Shown here piece by piece: positions 31,186 to 42,685 of a stretch of 64,000 nucleotides of DNA. The DNA is taken from NCBI GenBank assembly GCA_000004985.1, contig GG738864.1; one strand, 5' to 3'. The translations under genes were made by a program, and so were the position numbers. The notes below the pieces were generated by a model. The model ran no database searches. It was not told the origin of the DNA and worked only from the letters and a program-made list of their open reading frames with translations. Source of the DNA: Naegleria gruberi (taxonomy: Eukaryota). Within the stretch, counting starts at the first letter, position 1; each line of letters starts with the position of its first letter.

Positions 31186-34062
31186 ATGTCAAAGTATGAT
31201 CCATACGTTGTCGATGACAATGAAAGTAGTTGTGAGGAAGTTGATGATGAAGAAAATGAAGATGATGATGATGATGACGATGAGGACATTAATACATTAG
31301 AAACAAAACCAGCCTTGGGATCCTTATTTTCTAGTGTTGTTGAGATGGGTGGAGGTAATTTTACTTGTGGAGGTGCATTGCAAAGTAATTTTGGCTTACC
31401 TGGATTGGAAATTATCATTCCGAAGTCATCATCGGATCAATCATCAAGTAATGTTTCTTCATCAAGTGAACAATTTGAATATAAACCAATTGCCTTACCA
31501 ATTGTTTCAAAAGAACAAGCTAATGAATTAATTTCTCAATGCTCTAAAGCTCCTTTTGGAAAAGGAGAAGAAACAATTTATGATGATAAGGTTAGAAATT
31601 CATGGCAATTGTCACCTTCACAATTTAGAATTTCTAATAAGAATTGGAATGTTATGTTAAATGAATTAATGAATGGTGAATTGAAACGTGGATTGGGAAT
31701 TAATGAAAATGTTAAAATTAAGTGTTCACTATACAAATTATTATTATATGAGGAAGGTGGACATTTTGAATTTCACAGAGATACTGAAAAGGAAGATCAA
31801 ATGTTTGCTACTTTAGTGATTCAACTTCCATCAGTTTATAAAGGAGGTAATATTATTGTAAAACATTGATCTAATGAGGAAGTTTATGATTTATCAAACG
31901 AATCATCATATACTCCATTCTATTTCAGTTTCTATTGTGATTGTAAACACAAAGTAGACGTAGTTACAAGTGGTTATAGAACTTGCTTGATTTATAATGT
32001 CTGTTATGTTTCCGGAAGTAAGCCAATCATTACAGATAATACCTCACTTGTTACAACATTTAATGAGATTGTTAATAATTGGAGTCTTTCAACCCCAATA
32101 CTGTGCTATCTACTTGGCCATAAATATTCAAAAGCAGGTCTAAGCTTTGATTGTCTAAAGGGTAGTGATACAAAGATATTACAATTAATCAGACAATACA
32201 ATGCCAAACACTCAGAACAAGGTATTGAAGTGTTTCTAGCAATGATGACGAAAACAGAGAGTGGGTATGGAGATCCATATAATATTGAGTGGGAAGAGAC
32301 TTCTTACAGCATTACTCATATGATTGATGAGAGTGGTCATATTCATTCAAACACCAATAACTTGGATTTGGACGAAAGTGATTTCTTTCCAGAAGATGCT
32401 CTAGAAGAATTAGAACAATCTGGTGAAGAAGTAAGTTCTATCTGTACATTAATTTATAACTCAGTTCGTTGTCATCTCTAGATTGAAGAACATACAGGTA
32501 ATGAAGGAGCTACTGCTTCAAGATGGTACAAATCAGCATGCTTAATCATTTATCCAAAGAGATTCAAATATTTAATGGCATTGAAGTTTGGTGGTTCAAG
32601 TGCTTATAAAGGACTCCAGGATTTATGGGAAGCTTATCTGAAAGATGCTTCATTAAGAAATCAACTCGTTCAATATTTGAAGAGTTTTATAGAAAAAACG
32701 TATAGTCGTTATATGGTTGGCAATTTTAGTATTGGTAATTACATTTCCGAATTAAGAGAATTGAGTTTGGCAAAATTATTACTTTCTCAATATAAATGTT
32801 CGAAAGAAGATGTTATTCAAATGGTATCAGCATTTGGAATTGACCCACTCAGAAACGAAATCATTGGATACTATAAGAACATGGATTTTAATTCCCTTGC
32901 TGAATTTTTGGATGTATTTCCTGATAATAATTTGGCTCAATTATTAATTCCTACTCTTCTAACCAATAATAGATACTCTTATAGAAGTAATTCATCAACA
33001 GATTATGAGACTGCATTAACCGCTTGCTCAAAGTATAATATTACCTTGGACTCTGAAACAAAAAAGAAAATTCTATCCGATAGTTCATATAACACTACTC
33101 AACTCTATCAATTGGGATGCAAACTAAAAGATATTTATTGTTTGATGGAAGTATTGAAAAGATCATTCTCTATCAGCTTGAATTCAAACAGATTCTATTT
33201 AAATTCTAATACTGTAACACCTCCTACCACATTACCTGTTAAAATAATTGTAAATTGTATTCAAATTATTGGACTTGATAATTGTAGAGCCACATTAGAA
33301 CAATTAATTTCAGAATTTGTGAATAGAAATGGAATTTCATCATCTCTAGATAGTATTCAATTATTTAGTGATAATACAGATAATATTCACGTATCAGATT
33401 TCATTTCAAAGTCAATTGTTAAGAATATTAAGGCAAGAAATGATTTAAAATCTCAAAACATTGATATTTATGAAAAGATATTTATTCAATTCTACAAGTG
33501 TGGAGCAATTGATGAGATGAGTGATCTTGCTAAATTATTAATTTCTAATCCTAATTCTCAATATATTCACTCAACAATTAATCCACTTGTTTTGAAAATT
33601 TCAAGAGCCAATATTAATGTTATCAATAGTGAACCCCTTCAATTTTTAATTAGAAAATGTATTCAATACTATGATTCAGTAATTACAAACCAATCAAATG
33701 TACCAACACCTAATAATTGGGTCATTAATGCTACTTTGGGTTGTACATGTGGTAATTGTAAATCATGTAATGAATTCCTCAAATCAGCCACACAAGTTAC
33801 TCATTCGATAAAGGCATCAGCCAGCGTTAGAGATCATGTCGAGAGGGAGTCACGTAAAGTTACAATTGATTTGCAATATGATACACTCAGACAAGGTTCT
33901 CCACACACTCTCGTATTGACAAAGATTAGAAAATCACAAGAATTGAAACAGAGAGCATTACAAGAGTCCATTACTTCCAGAAATAATTTAACACCACTGG
34001 TGAGGAAAGCAGGAGCATCCACAAATGATCCACCTTCCAAGAAGCTTAAAAGTGAACATTAA
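31186..34062 (+). CDS. Large protein with N-terminal 2OG-Fe(II) oxygenase-like domain; in-frame TGA
   Basis: One frame runs throughout, with a 51-nt intron at 32431-32481 (gtaagt...ctctag). The oxygenase-like motifs are GGHFEFHRDTEK (HxD), YKGGNIIVKH and CKHKVDVVTSGYRTCLIYN. An in-frame TGA lies at 31867-31869 inside this domain. Confidence 0.55.
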
Positions 34063-34656
34063 TAAAGATGATCTATTACGCCACAGAATATTTATTGTTC
34101 ATCCATTATGTTAAACTTGGTATTCCTTAATAATAATGTTGATGATTTTCTTTTTCTACGTATGTAATTTTCCCATTGTCATTTCATTTGTAATAGTACT
34201 ATCATCTCTCCTGTTGTTCAACATTTGATTTCCATCAATTAAATAAAAGAATTTATCATTAATTTCGGAATGAGAAGACAGTGTTGATTAGTGATTGTCT
34301 ATTGATGTTGAGATTGAATTGATTAATTCCATCATTTAATTGTCTAATTGTCTGCGATTAAAAACATTGCAAGAGATGAAAATATTTCCAATTTCAGGAA
34401 ATCAAGTGTTTGTCTGTTGTTTTTGTAACAAACTGATTCGGAAGGATTTACACTCTCACTTTGTTTACTAATCACCATGTTGAAGAGAGTCATTTTGGTT
34501 TGCAAGCTTCATTGTTGTACATCCTTGTTGTGGTGAGTGATGAAAATTTTTTCCAAGTCTATTGCTTGCCATTTTTCGCTGAAGAAATTCTTTGTTGTAA
34601 AATAATAGTTAACCAAGAATAAAAAACTTGTTGAAAAAAAATAAGTCGAAAGCACA

Positions 34657-35550
34657 ATGGTTTGTATTCATCTGCTGAATTTTATCTTTGCTTACACTTT
34701 GCTGTTTTAATATTAACACTAACCTCCTCTTCATACCCTATTGTTAATGTTGTTCTTCAAATTTAAACTATAATAGCCTCCAAAGAATCCACAAGAAAAG
34801 AAGGCCAAGAAAGTCGTCAAGACCTCTGGTAAGAAGATCCAAAAGGGTGACTTCAAGAATTTATTGGCTCCTAGACCAAAGGATATCGGTATTGGTAGAG
34901 ATTTGGGCGCTAAGATGAACTTGACTAGATTCGTCAAATGGCCAGTTTATGTCCGTCTCCAAAGACAAAAGAGAATTCTCTTGAAGAGAGTCAAGATTCC
35001 ACCAGCAATCAACCAATTCAGAATTGTTGCTGATAAGCCTTTGGCTCACTCTGTTGTCCAATTCCTTGCTAAATACAAGCCAGAAGATGAACAACAAAAG
35101 AAGGAAAGACTCAGACAAGCTGCTAAGGATAAGGTTGAAGGTAAGGCTGCTACTCCAAAGAAGAGTGAATCCTCCCTCATCCACGGTATTAACGAAGTTG
35201 TCAAGGCTGTTGAAAGAAAGCAAGCTTCATTGGTCGTTATTGCTCACGATGTTGAACCAATCGAACTCGTTTTGTTCCTCCCTGCTTTGTGTAAGAAGCT
35301 CGATATCCCATACGTCATTGTTAAGTCCAAGTCCAGATTGGGTCAATTGGTCCACATGAAGAACTGTGCTGCTGTTGCTTTGACTGAAGTCAAGAAGGAA
35401 GATAGAGATCAATTCGCCAAGATTGTTGAAGCCGTCAGAGGTGCTTTCGTTGACAGATTCAGAACTGTCAATACCAAGTGGGGTGGTGGTCAATTGAGCA
35501 AGAGATCAATCATCGAACAAAAGAACAGAATCAAGAAGCTCAAACAATAA
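34657..35550 (+). CDS. RPL7A: 60S ribosomal protein eL8 (L7a), 2 exons
   Basis: Exon 1 is the ATG alone (34657-34659). After a 117-nt intron (gtttgt...ataatag), exon 2 is 34777-35550. The product reads MPPKNPQEKKAKKVVK...RFVKWPVYVRLQRQKRILLKRVKIPPAINQF, about 258 aa. Confidence 0.9.
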
Positions 35551-35648
35551 ATTCCAACATAAAAACCATAAATTTAAAATTAAAAACATTTTACTTTTTT
35601 ATTTACAAAATAGACTTGCCCTTTTACTTTGGTTTTGCAGAGCTCTCC

Positions 35649-37178
35649 TTAAGGTAAGAACATGGATAAGAATTCATCCATATTTTCATCACGTTCTTGT
35701 TGCTTTGTTTCTTCGTCTTCATCTTGGAGAAATACGTTTTCAAAGGATCCAATCATGGAATCTTCTTGGTTTGTATCAATCATTGAAATCTCATCTAGTG
35801 GTGTTTGTTGCATTGGCACAGTATTGTGAGAAGGTTCTTGTTGGTAAGATTCAGAGATGAGAAAAGATGAAAAATCATAACTTGGAATATCACTGTTTGA
35901 GGAATGGGAAGAGACAGGAGTTCTTGAGACTGGTGAATAACTGTAGCTTGAAGATGCAGTTTCCCTTATTCTCATCTTGTTTGCCTTTTGTTGAGGAATT
36001 TTGATTGGTTGATGGTTACTAGCATATCGTTGTTTGAATTGTTGATAGTTAAAGGATTGAGAAAGTTGACTCAAATCTACACTATTCATATTTACAACTG
36101 ATTGAGTTTGCTGGGAACTGTTTGGTTCATGAACATTACTATTAGCATTGACTGCATTCAAACTTCCACCTCTTGGTGTTGACACTGATGCTCTTCTAAT
36201 ACTGGATCTTCTCTGTCTATGAACTGAATCTGAAGTACCACTTTGAGTATTGCTTCCTCCAACATTGAACATTGAAGTATTGCCATTGCTTCCTTCCAAT
36301 TCTAACAACTTGGTAAAGAAATCAAATTCAGCACTTGGTTGACCTCCAAATGATTGAACTCTTTGCAAATTATTGTGAGCATTATTGGGTGGAGGACTAA
36401 TCATTCCACTATTGTTACTAGTGTATGAGCTTCTTGGAGTTGATGAATTAGAATTTGAATTCAAATCCATCATCATTGAATCAGTCATTCCTCCATAACT
36501 GAAATTATTTGGATATGAGGATGAGATTCTTACAACCTTTGTTGGAGTATAGATACTATCATTACTATAACTATGATACATACTTTGAGCTGATGTATCA
36601 ATAAAGAGTGGATGAGAATCATCACCATTCAATTCTGATGTTGCGGTTGTTGCTGTTGTAACCGAATTGAGATTTTGTTGTTGAGGATTAGTATTATTAC
36701 TATGATACAATTGATTCATCGAATCAGAATGATGCAAACCTGAAACATTAAAGGTAGTTTGCAAGAGAGAAATACCAGATATTGTGTTTCTTCTTTTATG
36801 TGAATAATTGCTATTGGCACTCGAAGAATCATGATGAATGGCAGCAGCATCATATTGAGAGGTGGAGGAGGAGAGGAAATCATCATCGGTTGGAGTTACA
36901 ACTGAATGAGAGGATGAGTTCTTACGTTTCTTCCTATCATTCTTATCAGTCTTGAAGAAAAAGTAGTTGGCTTGAAATTCGGTATTGCTTCTGAATTGCT
37001 TGTTGACTTTGAGCAGTTTATCTCCTTTCAATTGAGTCTTGAGTTTCACCTCATCTGTTAGATCGACAATTGAGAATTTGCCATTACCATTCGAATCATT
37101 CGTTGATGCAGTTGATATTGTTGTGGCAGATGCAATTCCATTATTGTTGGTATTCAATGATGAAGAGGCTTGTTGCAT
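35649..37178 (-). CDS. Ser/Asn-rich low-complexity protein, function unknown
   Basis: Uninterrupted 509-aa ORF with ATG at 37178. It has S/N/T/Q-rich composition, basic-Ser clusters (RRRSSIRRASVS) and an acidic C-terminus. No domain recognised. Confidence 0.45.
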   Translation of the reverse strand: MQQASSSLNTNNNGIASATTISTASTNDSNGNGKFSIVDLTDEVKLKTQLKGDKLLKVNKQFRSNTEFQANYFFFKTDKNDRKKRKNSSSHSVVTPTDDDFLSSSTSQYDAAAIHHDSSSANSNYSHKRRNTISGISLLQTTFNVSGLHHSDSMNQLYHSNNTNPQQQNLNSVTTATTATSELNGDDSHPLFIDTSAQSMYHSYSNDSIYTPTKVVRISSSYPNNFSYGGMTDSMMMDLNSNSNSSTPRSSYTSNNSGMISPPPNNAHNNLQRVQSFGGQPSAEFDFFTKLLELEGSNGNTSMFNVGGSNTQSGTSDSVHRQRRSSIRRASVSTPRGGSLNAVNANSNVHEPNSSQQTQSVVNMNSVDLSQLSQSFNYQQFKQRYASNHQPIKIPQQKANKMRIRETASSSYSYSPVSRTPVSSHSSNSDIPSYDFSSFLISESYQQEPSHNTVPMQQTPLDEISMIDTNQEDSMIGSFENVFLQDEDEETKQQERDENMDEFLSMFLP

Positions 37179-37317
37179 TCTTTTTTGTCAGTGTTTTGAT
37201 GAATATTGTTGGTGGAGCTCTCTCTCGTTCCAAGTTTTCATTCTTCCTTCCATAATTGAGGAGCAACAATTAAAACATGTCATCAATTGCTTTGAATTGT
37301 TGCAGACTAGTGAAAAA

Positions 37318-37503
37318 TTCATTTCATGCATGCAAAAACCTTTTTTGTAATTTGGAGGACAATATCGACATCAATGCACAATCTGATCCTCTCACATAAC
37401 CAGCCAATCCTTCTTCTGTGCTCGTTGGTTGTTGTTATTGTTCAATAGTATAAAAAAGGAATGTTTGAAATAGTCCCAATTGTCTCTATTTAATTGTAAT
37501 GTT
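37318..37503 (+). repeat. Copy A of ~185-bp dispersed/direct repeat
   Basis: This copy aligns by eye with 37923-38102. Shared blocks are ttcatttcatgc..aaaacctttt.tgtaatttggag, caatctgatcc and aatagtat.aaaagga..tttgaaatagtcccaatt.tctct..attgtaat. Confidence 0.6.
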
Positions 37504-37922
37504 CATTGCGTGGTATTACAATGAATCTTCGTGTGAGATTTCTAATATTCTGTTCGATTCCTAAAAAATTCAGCAGCTGTTTGATATTAAATCAGGAAAA
37601 ACAGGATTTTTTTGACCCAGTAGCCAATTTTTCTAATAGCAATCGAATGAATATTGACAAATCTTACCATGATTGTTTAACTATATTTTTATCACTATTC
37701 ATACGCTGTCTAAAAATCTTCTGAATAAAATCAAAAAAACAAGCATTAGAAAAGATTAAGCAAATTGCTCCAACATTTGCATGTTTGTGTAATAAAGGAA
37801 GTGACCTGACAGATAGTGCAAATTATTGGTGCTTAACTCAAGGAGAATTGGCTTCAAGCAGACTTGAATCAACAATAAAAATCACTTGCCAACATGTTTC
37901 CCCCTCAGTCAATACAACAATT

Positions 37923-38102
37923 TTCATTTCATGCAAAAACCTTTTATGTAATTTGGAGAATAATATTGTAGATAGGTTGTCCAATCTGATCCACAATCTA
38001 ATCCACTCATTTATCCATGTTAACCTTTTCTGTAAGGATTTGTAATAGTATTTAAAAGGAAATTTGAAATAGTCCCAATTTTCTCTAATCTATTGTAATA
38101 TT
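37923..38102 (+). repeat. Copy B of ~185-bp direct repeat
   Basis: See copy A. Copy B ends 15 bp from the DnaJ gene stop codon. Confidence 0.6.
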
Positions 38103-38116
38103 AAATGATGGTGAAA

Positions 38117-39247
38117 TCACTTTGAATTTTCTGAAGATACTGTTGTTGGAGTACTGTTTTTGGCTGCATTCTTAGATGAATCGTCAAATTTAGTTCTAAG
38201 ATTTTTGTAAGCTCTTGCTGTCTTTTCTTCATTACTGACATAATTTTGTCCGACTCCAGATCCACCATCATTACCAATTTTAGTACCATCTCGTGAGTAA
38301 ACTCTGTATCTATTGTTTTGAACACCTCTAACTCTATTCTCCTCGATTTCTTTCATTTTAGAGGTTTGAGCTTCTCTTCTCACAAGAGAGGTCATTCCTT
38401 TGAAAACTAAATAAATTGCAAAAACGTAAGCCACGTAAGCCATCAATTTCATACCGAGAGCAATGGCTTTAGTTGGAGTCATTCCGTTCATCTTAATGTC
38501 GTAAACAAAACTGAAAATGACTGGTGATTTCAACAAGACTTTTTTAACAAGCTCATGTTGGTCTTTGAAATGAGTTTGAATTATAGTTTCTCTTTGTTTC
38601 ATTTCTTTTTCTTGTCTTCTCTCTGAATTATACTTATTCATAATACCAAGGAAAGTGGTATGTTCTGAATCAGCAAACCATGTCTTTTCACCCTTCTTAT
38701 ATTTTTCAATTCTTGTCAGGAAATCATCATCTGAAAATGGGAATACATCGAATGGATTGTAACGAGATCCACTACTAAATGGATCCTTTCCCCAAAATCC
38801 TCTTGGATCTGATTGTCCTGTTCCAAATGGTGCACTATTTGGATTGTTTGGATTTTGAACATTTCCTTGTTTAATTTGAGAATAGGCTGCATTAATTTCA
38901 GCCATCTTATCTTTAGCATCCTCTGTCTTGTTAAGATCTGGGTGAAATTTCTTACTCAACTTGATATAAGCCTTTCTGACAACATCTTCACTTGCTCCAA
39001 ATTGAACTCCTAAAACTTCATATGGATTTTTCGTGGCATTTTGAAAAAAGGATTGTGTATGAAAGGAACGACTTGTTCCGATATTTAATAAATCCAAATA
39101 ATTATTATTGCGTTTTAATAAATTACTATTATTGCTACTATTAATGTTCCAAAGAAATAAATTATTCAGTGATGATGACAAACGTAAATTGGAGGAGAAG
39201 GTGGCGAAAGTTTGTCTTCGAGAGTATCGGGAAATCATTCGAGACAT
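38117..39247 (-). CDS. DnaJ (J-domain) protein, probably membrane-anchored/mitochondrial
   Basis: 376-aa ORF. The J domain is [34 protein letters not shown], with the HPD motif. The N-terminus is basic and S/R-rich, like a presequence. There is one strong TM segment ([22 protein letters not shown]). Confidence 0.7.
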   Translation of the reverse strand: MSRMISRYSRRQTFATFSSNLRLSSSLNNLFLWNINSSNNSNLLKRNNNYLDLLNIGTSRSFHTQSFFQNATKNPYEVLGVQFGASEDVVRKAYIKLSKKFHPDLNKTEDAKDKMAEINAAYSQIKQGNVQNPNNPNSAPFGTGQSDPRGFWGKDPFSSGSRYNPFDVFPFSDDDFLTRIEKYKKGEKTWFADSEHTTFLGIMNKYNSERRQEKEMKQRETIIQTHFKDQHELVKKVLLKSPVIFSFVYDIKMNGMTPTKAIALGMKLMAYVAYVFAIYLVFKGMTSLVRREAQTSKMKEIEENRVRGVQNNRYRVYSRDGTKIGNDGGSGVGQNYVSNEEKTARAYKNLRTKFDDSSKNAAKNSTPTTVSSENSK

Positions 39248-39554
39248 TTTTTAATTAAAGTACAAGATATTATGTGGATGATGACGACAATATATTGTTG
39301 AACGAATACTTGCAAAAGTACTCATAAATCAGAAATGATTGAGGCATATTCTTATTGTTTTCATCAAGAATTACAACACCTTTGCAGAAGAGTGAGAGTT
39401 TCAAACTTGTGAAGTGGTAAAAATGAAGGGACGAAACTTTGATTGTAAAAACAAAAATCGGTGGTCATCCCAGGAAATTTTTTGAAAAAAAAAGCCCAAA
39501 CGTAAGTAGACCTTTTATTTCGCCCATCTCGTTACACAGACATTTTAATAGAAA

Positions 39555-39803
39555 ATGCAAAACGACGCCGGTGTCCAAGTTGATTACTATCACCCAAGAA
39601 AGTGTACTGCCACTAAGAATTTGATCACTGCTAAGGATCACGCTTCCGTTCAAATCACTGTTGGTTTGGTTGATGAAAACGGTGTTTACACTGGTGAAAA
39701 TGCCACTGTTGCTTTGTGCGGTGATTTGAGAATGAAGGCTAAGTCTGATGGTGCTGTCAACAGACTCATGCTCGAACAAAAGATTATGAAGGATATCCAA
39801 TAA
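39555..39803 (+). CDS. RPS21: 40S ribosomal protein eS21
   Basis: The 82-aa ORF MQNDAGVQVDYYHPRKCTATKNLITAKDHASVQITVGLVDENG... closely matches the eS21 consensus (MQNDAGEFVDLYVPRKCSA...AKDHASIQ). Confidence 0.9.
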   Translation: MQNDAGVQVDYYHPRKCTATKNLITAKDHASVQITVGLVDENGVYTGENATVALCGDLRMKAKSDGAVNRLMLEQKIMKDIQ

Positions 39804-39937
39804 ATTCTCAACTAAAAAACTATTTAAAATATTAAATTTACCTTTACTTTTTCTAATTACAATAGTAGAATGACATTTGAAAAAGCATTAGATGATATTT
39901 CAACATCATTCGTTTTTGCTTATTATTTTCAAAAACA

Positions 39938-42601
39938 ATGTCTCTAATTGGCCCAAAGGATTTATCGGACCAATGCAAAATTCATATCAGCAAGGATTAT
40001 AACTTGCAGATTGTTAGCATTGTCATTTGCTTTCTGAGTATTATAAGTAGTGTTTTTGTATTTGCAGGAGTGTTTTTGTATAGGAAGGAGACCAAATCGC
40101 CTCGGATGAACATTTTAGCGTATGTATTAATCTAATTCTTCTCATCAACAACTTTATCTGTTTTACAATTCTTGTTAAATTTCATTATTTCACCAATGTT
40201 CTCTTTCAACAACAATATAACATCATTACGATAGTATAATCAACATTTTCGGATTCATCTATTGTTTATGTATTGAAATTGAATCAATAATTATCACATT
40301 GTGTAGGTTTTCGCAAAATGTAATAATACTAATTAATTAATCAACATGATTGTACATCATCAACTTTGTTCCGAATTCAATTCATCAAAAATCATCATCA
40401 AATCTGAAATAATACAGTGGGAAATGTCACTTACATTTATCCTCTATGCCAAATTCAAGCCTTTGTTGCAAATAGCTCTTCATTGTGTCTGAACACATTT
40501 TCTCTGTGTTTGACATTCTTCCTCTTCTACACAGTGGTTGTTAATAATCAGTATAGGAAATTGAAATCCCTCTACTCTAAACTCATTATCATCTTTTTAG
40601 TGCTTTGTTTCCTTGTCTCTATTCCATTCTTTGTATTTATATTTCCTGTTCCAGTTCCAAACTCTTCGAGATATGCAGAGCTCTATGGAAAATCATCGAA
40701 ATTGTGGTGTGATTTTGCCAATACCCCTAATCATTATATTAATCAAACTGATGATGCATCAATGAGTAGTTTTATTAGTCAATCATCACCTAAATTGCTA
40801 ATGACATCAACAATATCAACAATGGGAGAATTTTCGAGGAAGAATGCAACAGTGGCGGATCCTGTGGAAACTTATTGGGCTATTTTCTTTGAGATTGGAT
40901 TCTTTTATGTTCCAAATACTCTAATTCTGTTTGGGTATGTTTCCTATTTCATGACATGAATTAATATTTGGAAATTATAGAAATGTTCTCTTGTTTTTAG
41001 TGATTATTGTGAAAATTAGGAGGAATTCAACAATTCTTAAGAATCACCAACAGATGTTTTCATTGATGAGGGAGTCTTCTTCCAACACCTCTATTGTAGA
41101 TGATTCAGAGGTTTCTCAATCGGTTCCTATTAAAAATCCAAAGAGAGTTGGTTCTATGGCAAATATGAGTCCATCCAATAGGAGGAACACACCATCGGTT
41201 GGCTCTCTTGGAAATAATCTTTCATTTTCTAATGAATGTATTGATGAGGACAATCAGGAGGCAATAGATGAAGGAAGGCCATTACTGAATCCAAAAAAGT
41301 TTTTCACGAGTAATTCTTCTTCTTTAAATCTACTGGCAAAGAAGGGATCTTCAAATTCATTGGTTATTCCAAAAAGTGGCCCAAAGCCAAACTCAGTCAC
41401 ACAACCTTTGGAGGCATCTCTTCCTAGTACTTTTTCCTTCTTTATGTTTGGAAGTAATATCAAATATTCCACGTTAACACAGAGAGATATTGATGAATAT
41501 ATTCAATTTTTACATTCTCAATCTAGAACAGCCTTGTATTATATTGCCGTATTGACATTTAATTGGATTGTATGGATTGTTTCAAGGTTATGTTGGGAAT
41601 TTACACAATGTCAACAATCTGAGAGTCAATCTATTATCATTTTCGTTCTTTTATCGATAGCAGAACAATGTAGTGGACCTAGAATGAGTTCCATTCTGCT
41701 ATCTATTATTTTTGGTATTAGTGAGGATACAGTTTCACCATCAACACTTTTTGACATGTTCCAAGATGTAACATGTCTCAGATATTTTACGACATATTGT
41801 TCTGAGAGAGATTCAACAGTTTCTAACAAAGAACCACAAGAAGAAAAACCATTACCTATCGAATATGATAATTTGGTTTTCTTTTGGTTTGATATTTATC
41901 AACTCAAAGAGCTAATTATGAAGGAAGAGGAGACAGAGCAAGAATTGAGAAAGAAGAAAATATCTGCAAAGGTTCAAGATATTTGTGATCTCTACTTCTC
42001 TGAAACATCACAATTTAAAATCAATTCTGACATTGTTACGAATAAGGAGAAGAACTTCTTGAGGACAACATGTATTAATTATATTAAGGGAGGTGCTCAT
42101 GACGAATCTGATGACGAATATTCAGAGAGTAGTGATGTTGAAGGAGATTCAGCCTCAACTGTATCAGGAGCTCATGAAGGAGTTCCTAAAGAAGATTTGG
42201 TTCTTCTCAACACTTTGAAACAACCTTTAAAATCATCACTTAAAATTATGAATGATTTATTATCAGAATTTAAAACTAGCCCAGCTTTTGATGAACTTAT
42301 TAATATTTTGAGAATGAAAGCTGTTTCGCAAAGAAGAAGCTTATTCAAAGACATTATCTCCAAATTGGGAAGGTTATTTATTAACTGCTTTGGAATGTGT
42401 CAAGTGTTCTTTTTGTCCAGTAGACATGAAAGTGAAGTTGAAGGATATGAAACAGTTACAGATATTGAAAATAAGCATGTAGATCATGTTGATGTACAAA
42501 TCAAGGACTTGTGGTCCAAAGAATATTCGCAAGATGTTTTCGAATTCCTCGAAAGACTAAAGAATTTGAAATTGGATAATAGAAAGATTTGGGTAATTTA
42601 G
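39938..42601 (+). CDS. Seven-transmembrane receptor-like protein with C-terminal RGS domain; 5' exon structure unresolved
   Basis: Exon 3 (40981-42601) joins exon 2 (ending 40934) cleanly through a 46-nt intron (gtatgt...tatag). Hydrophobic helices lie in 39938-40119, 40418-40934 and 40981-41700. The RGS-like segment is YDNLVFFWFDIYQLKE...ICDLYFSETSQFKINSDI. The junction between the first coding block and 40418 does not keep frame. Confidence 0.55.
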
Positions 42602-42685
42602 TTAATATGTACTACAAAGTCAACAACAGAACACTCCACACGTTCTATTGTCATCTAATGTATTGATTAGTTAGTAATTTACAAG

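Noticed and set aside
31867-31869. Selenocysteine codon in the oxygenase-like gene.
   Set aside because: The position is not a redox-active Cys site in this fold as far as I know, and I could not recognise a SECIS-like structure by eye in the 3' UTR. It stays as a check in the findings, not as a call.
37318-38102. Terminal-repeat retrotransposon in miniature (direct repeats as LTRs, tggtat after copy A as a primer-binding site).
   Set aside because: There are no TG…CA termini, no polypurine tract before copy B and no target-site duplication that I could see. The PBS-like match is only 6-7 nt.
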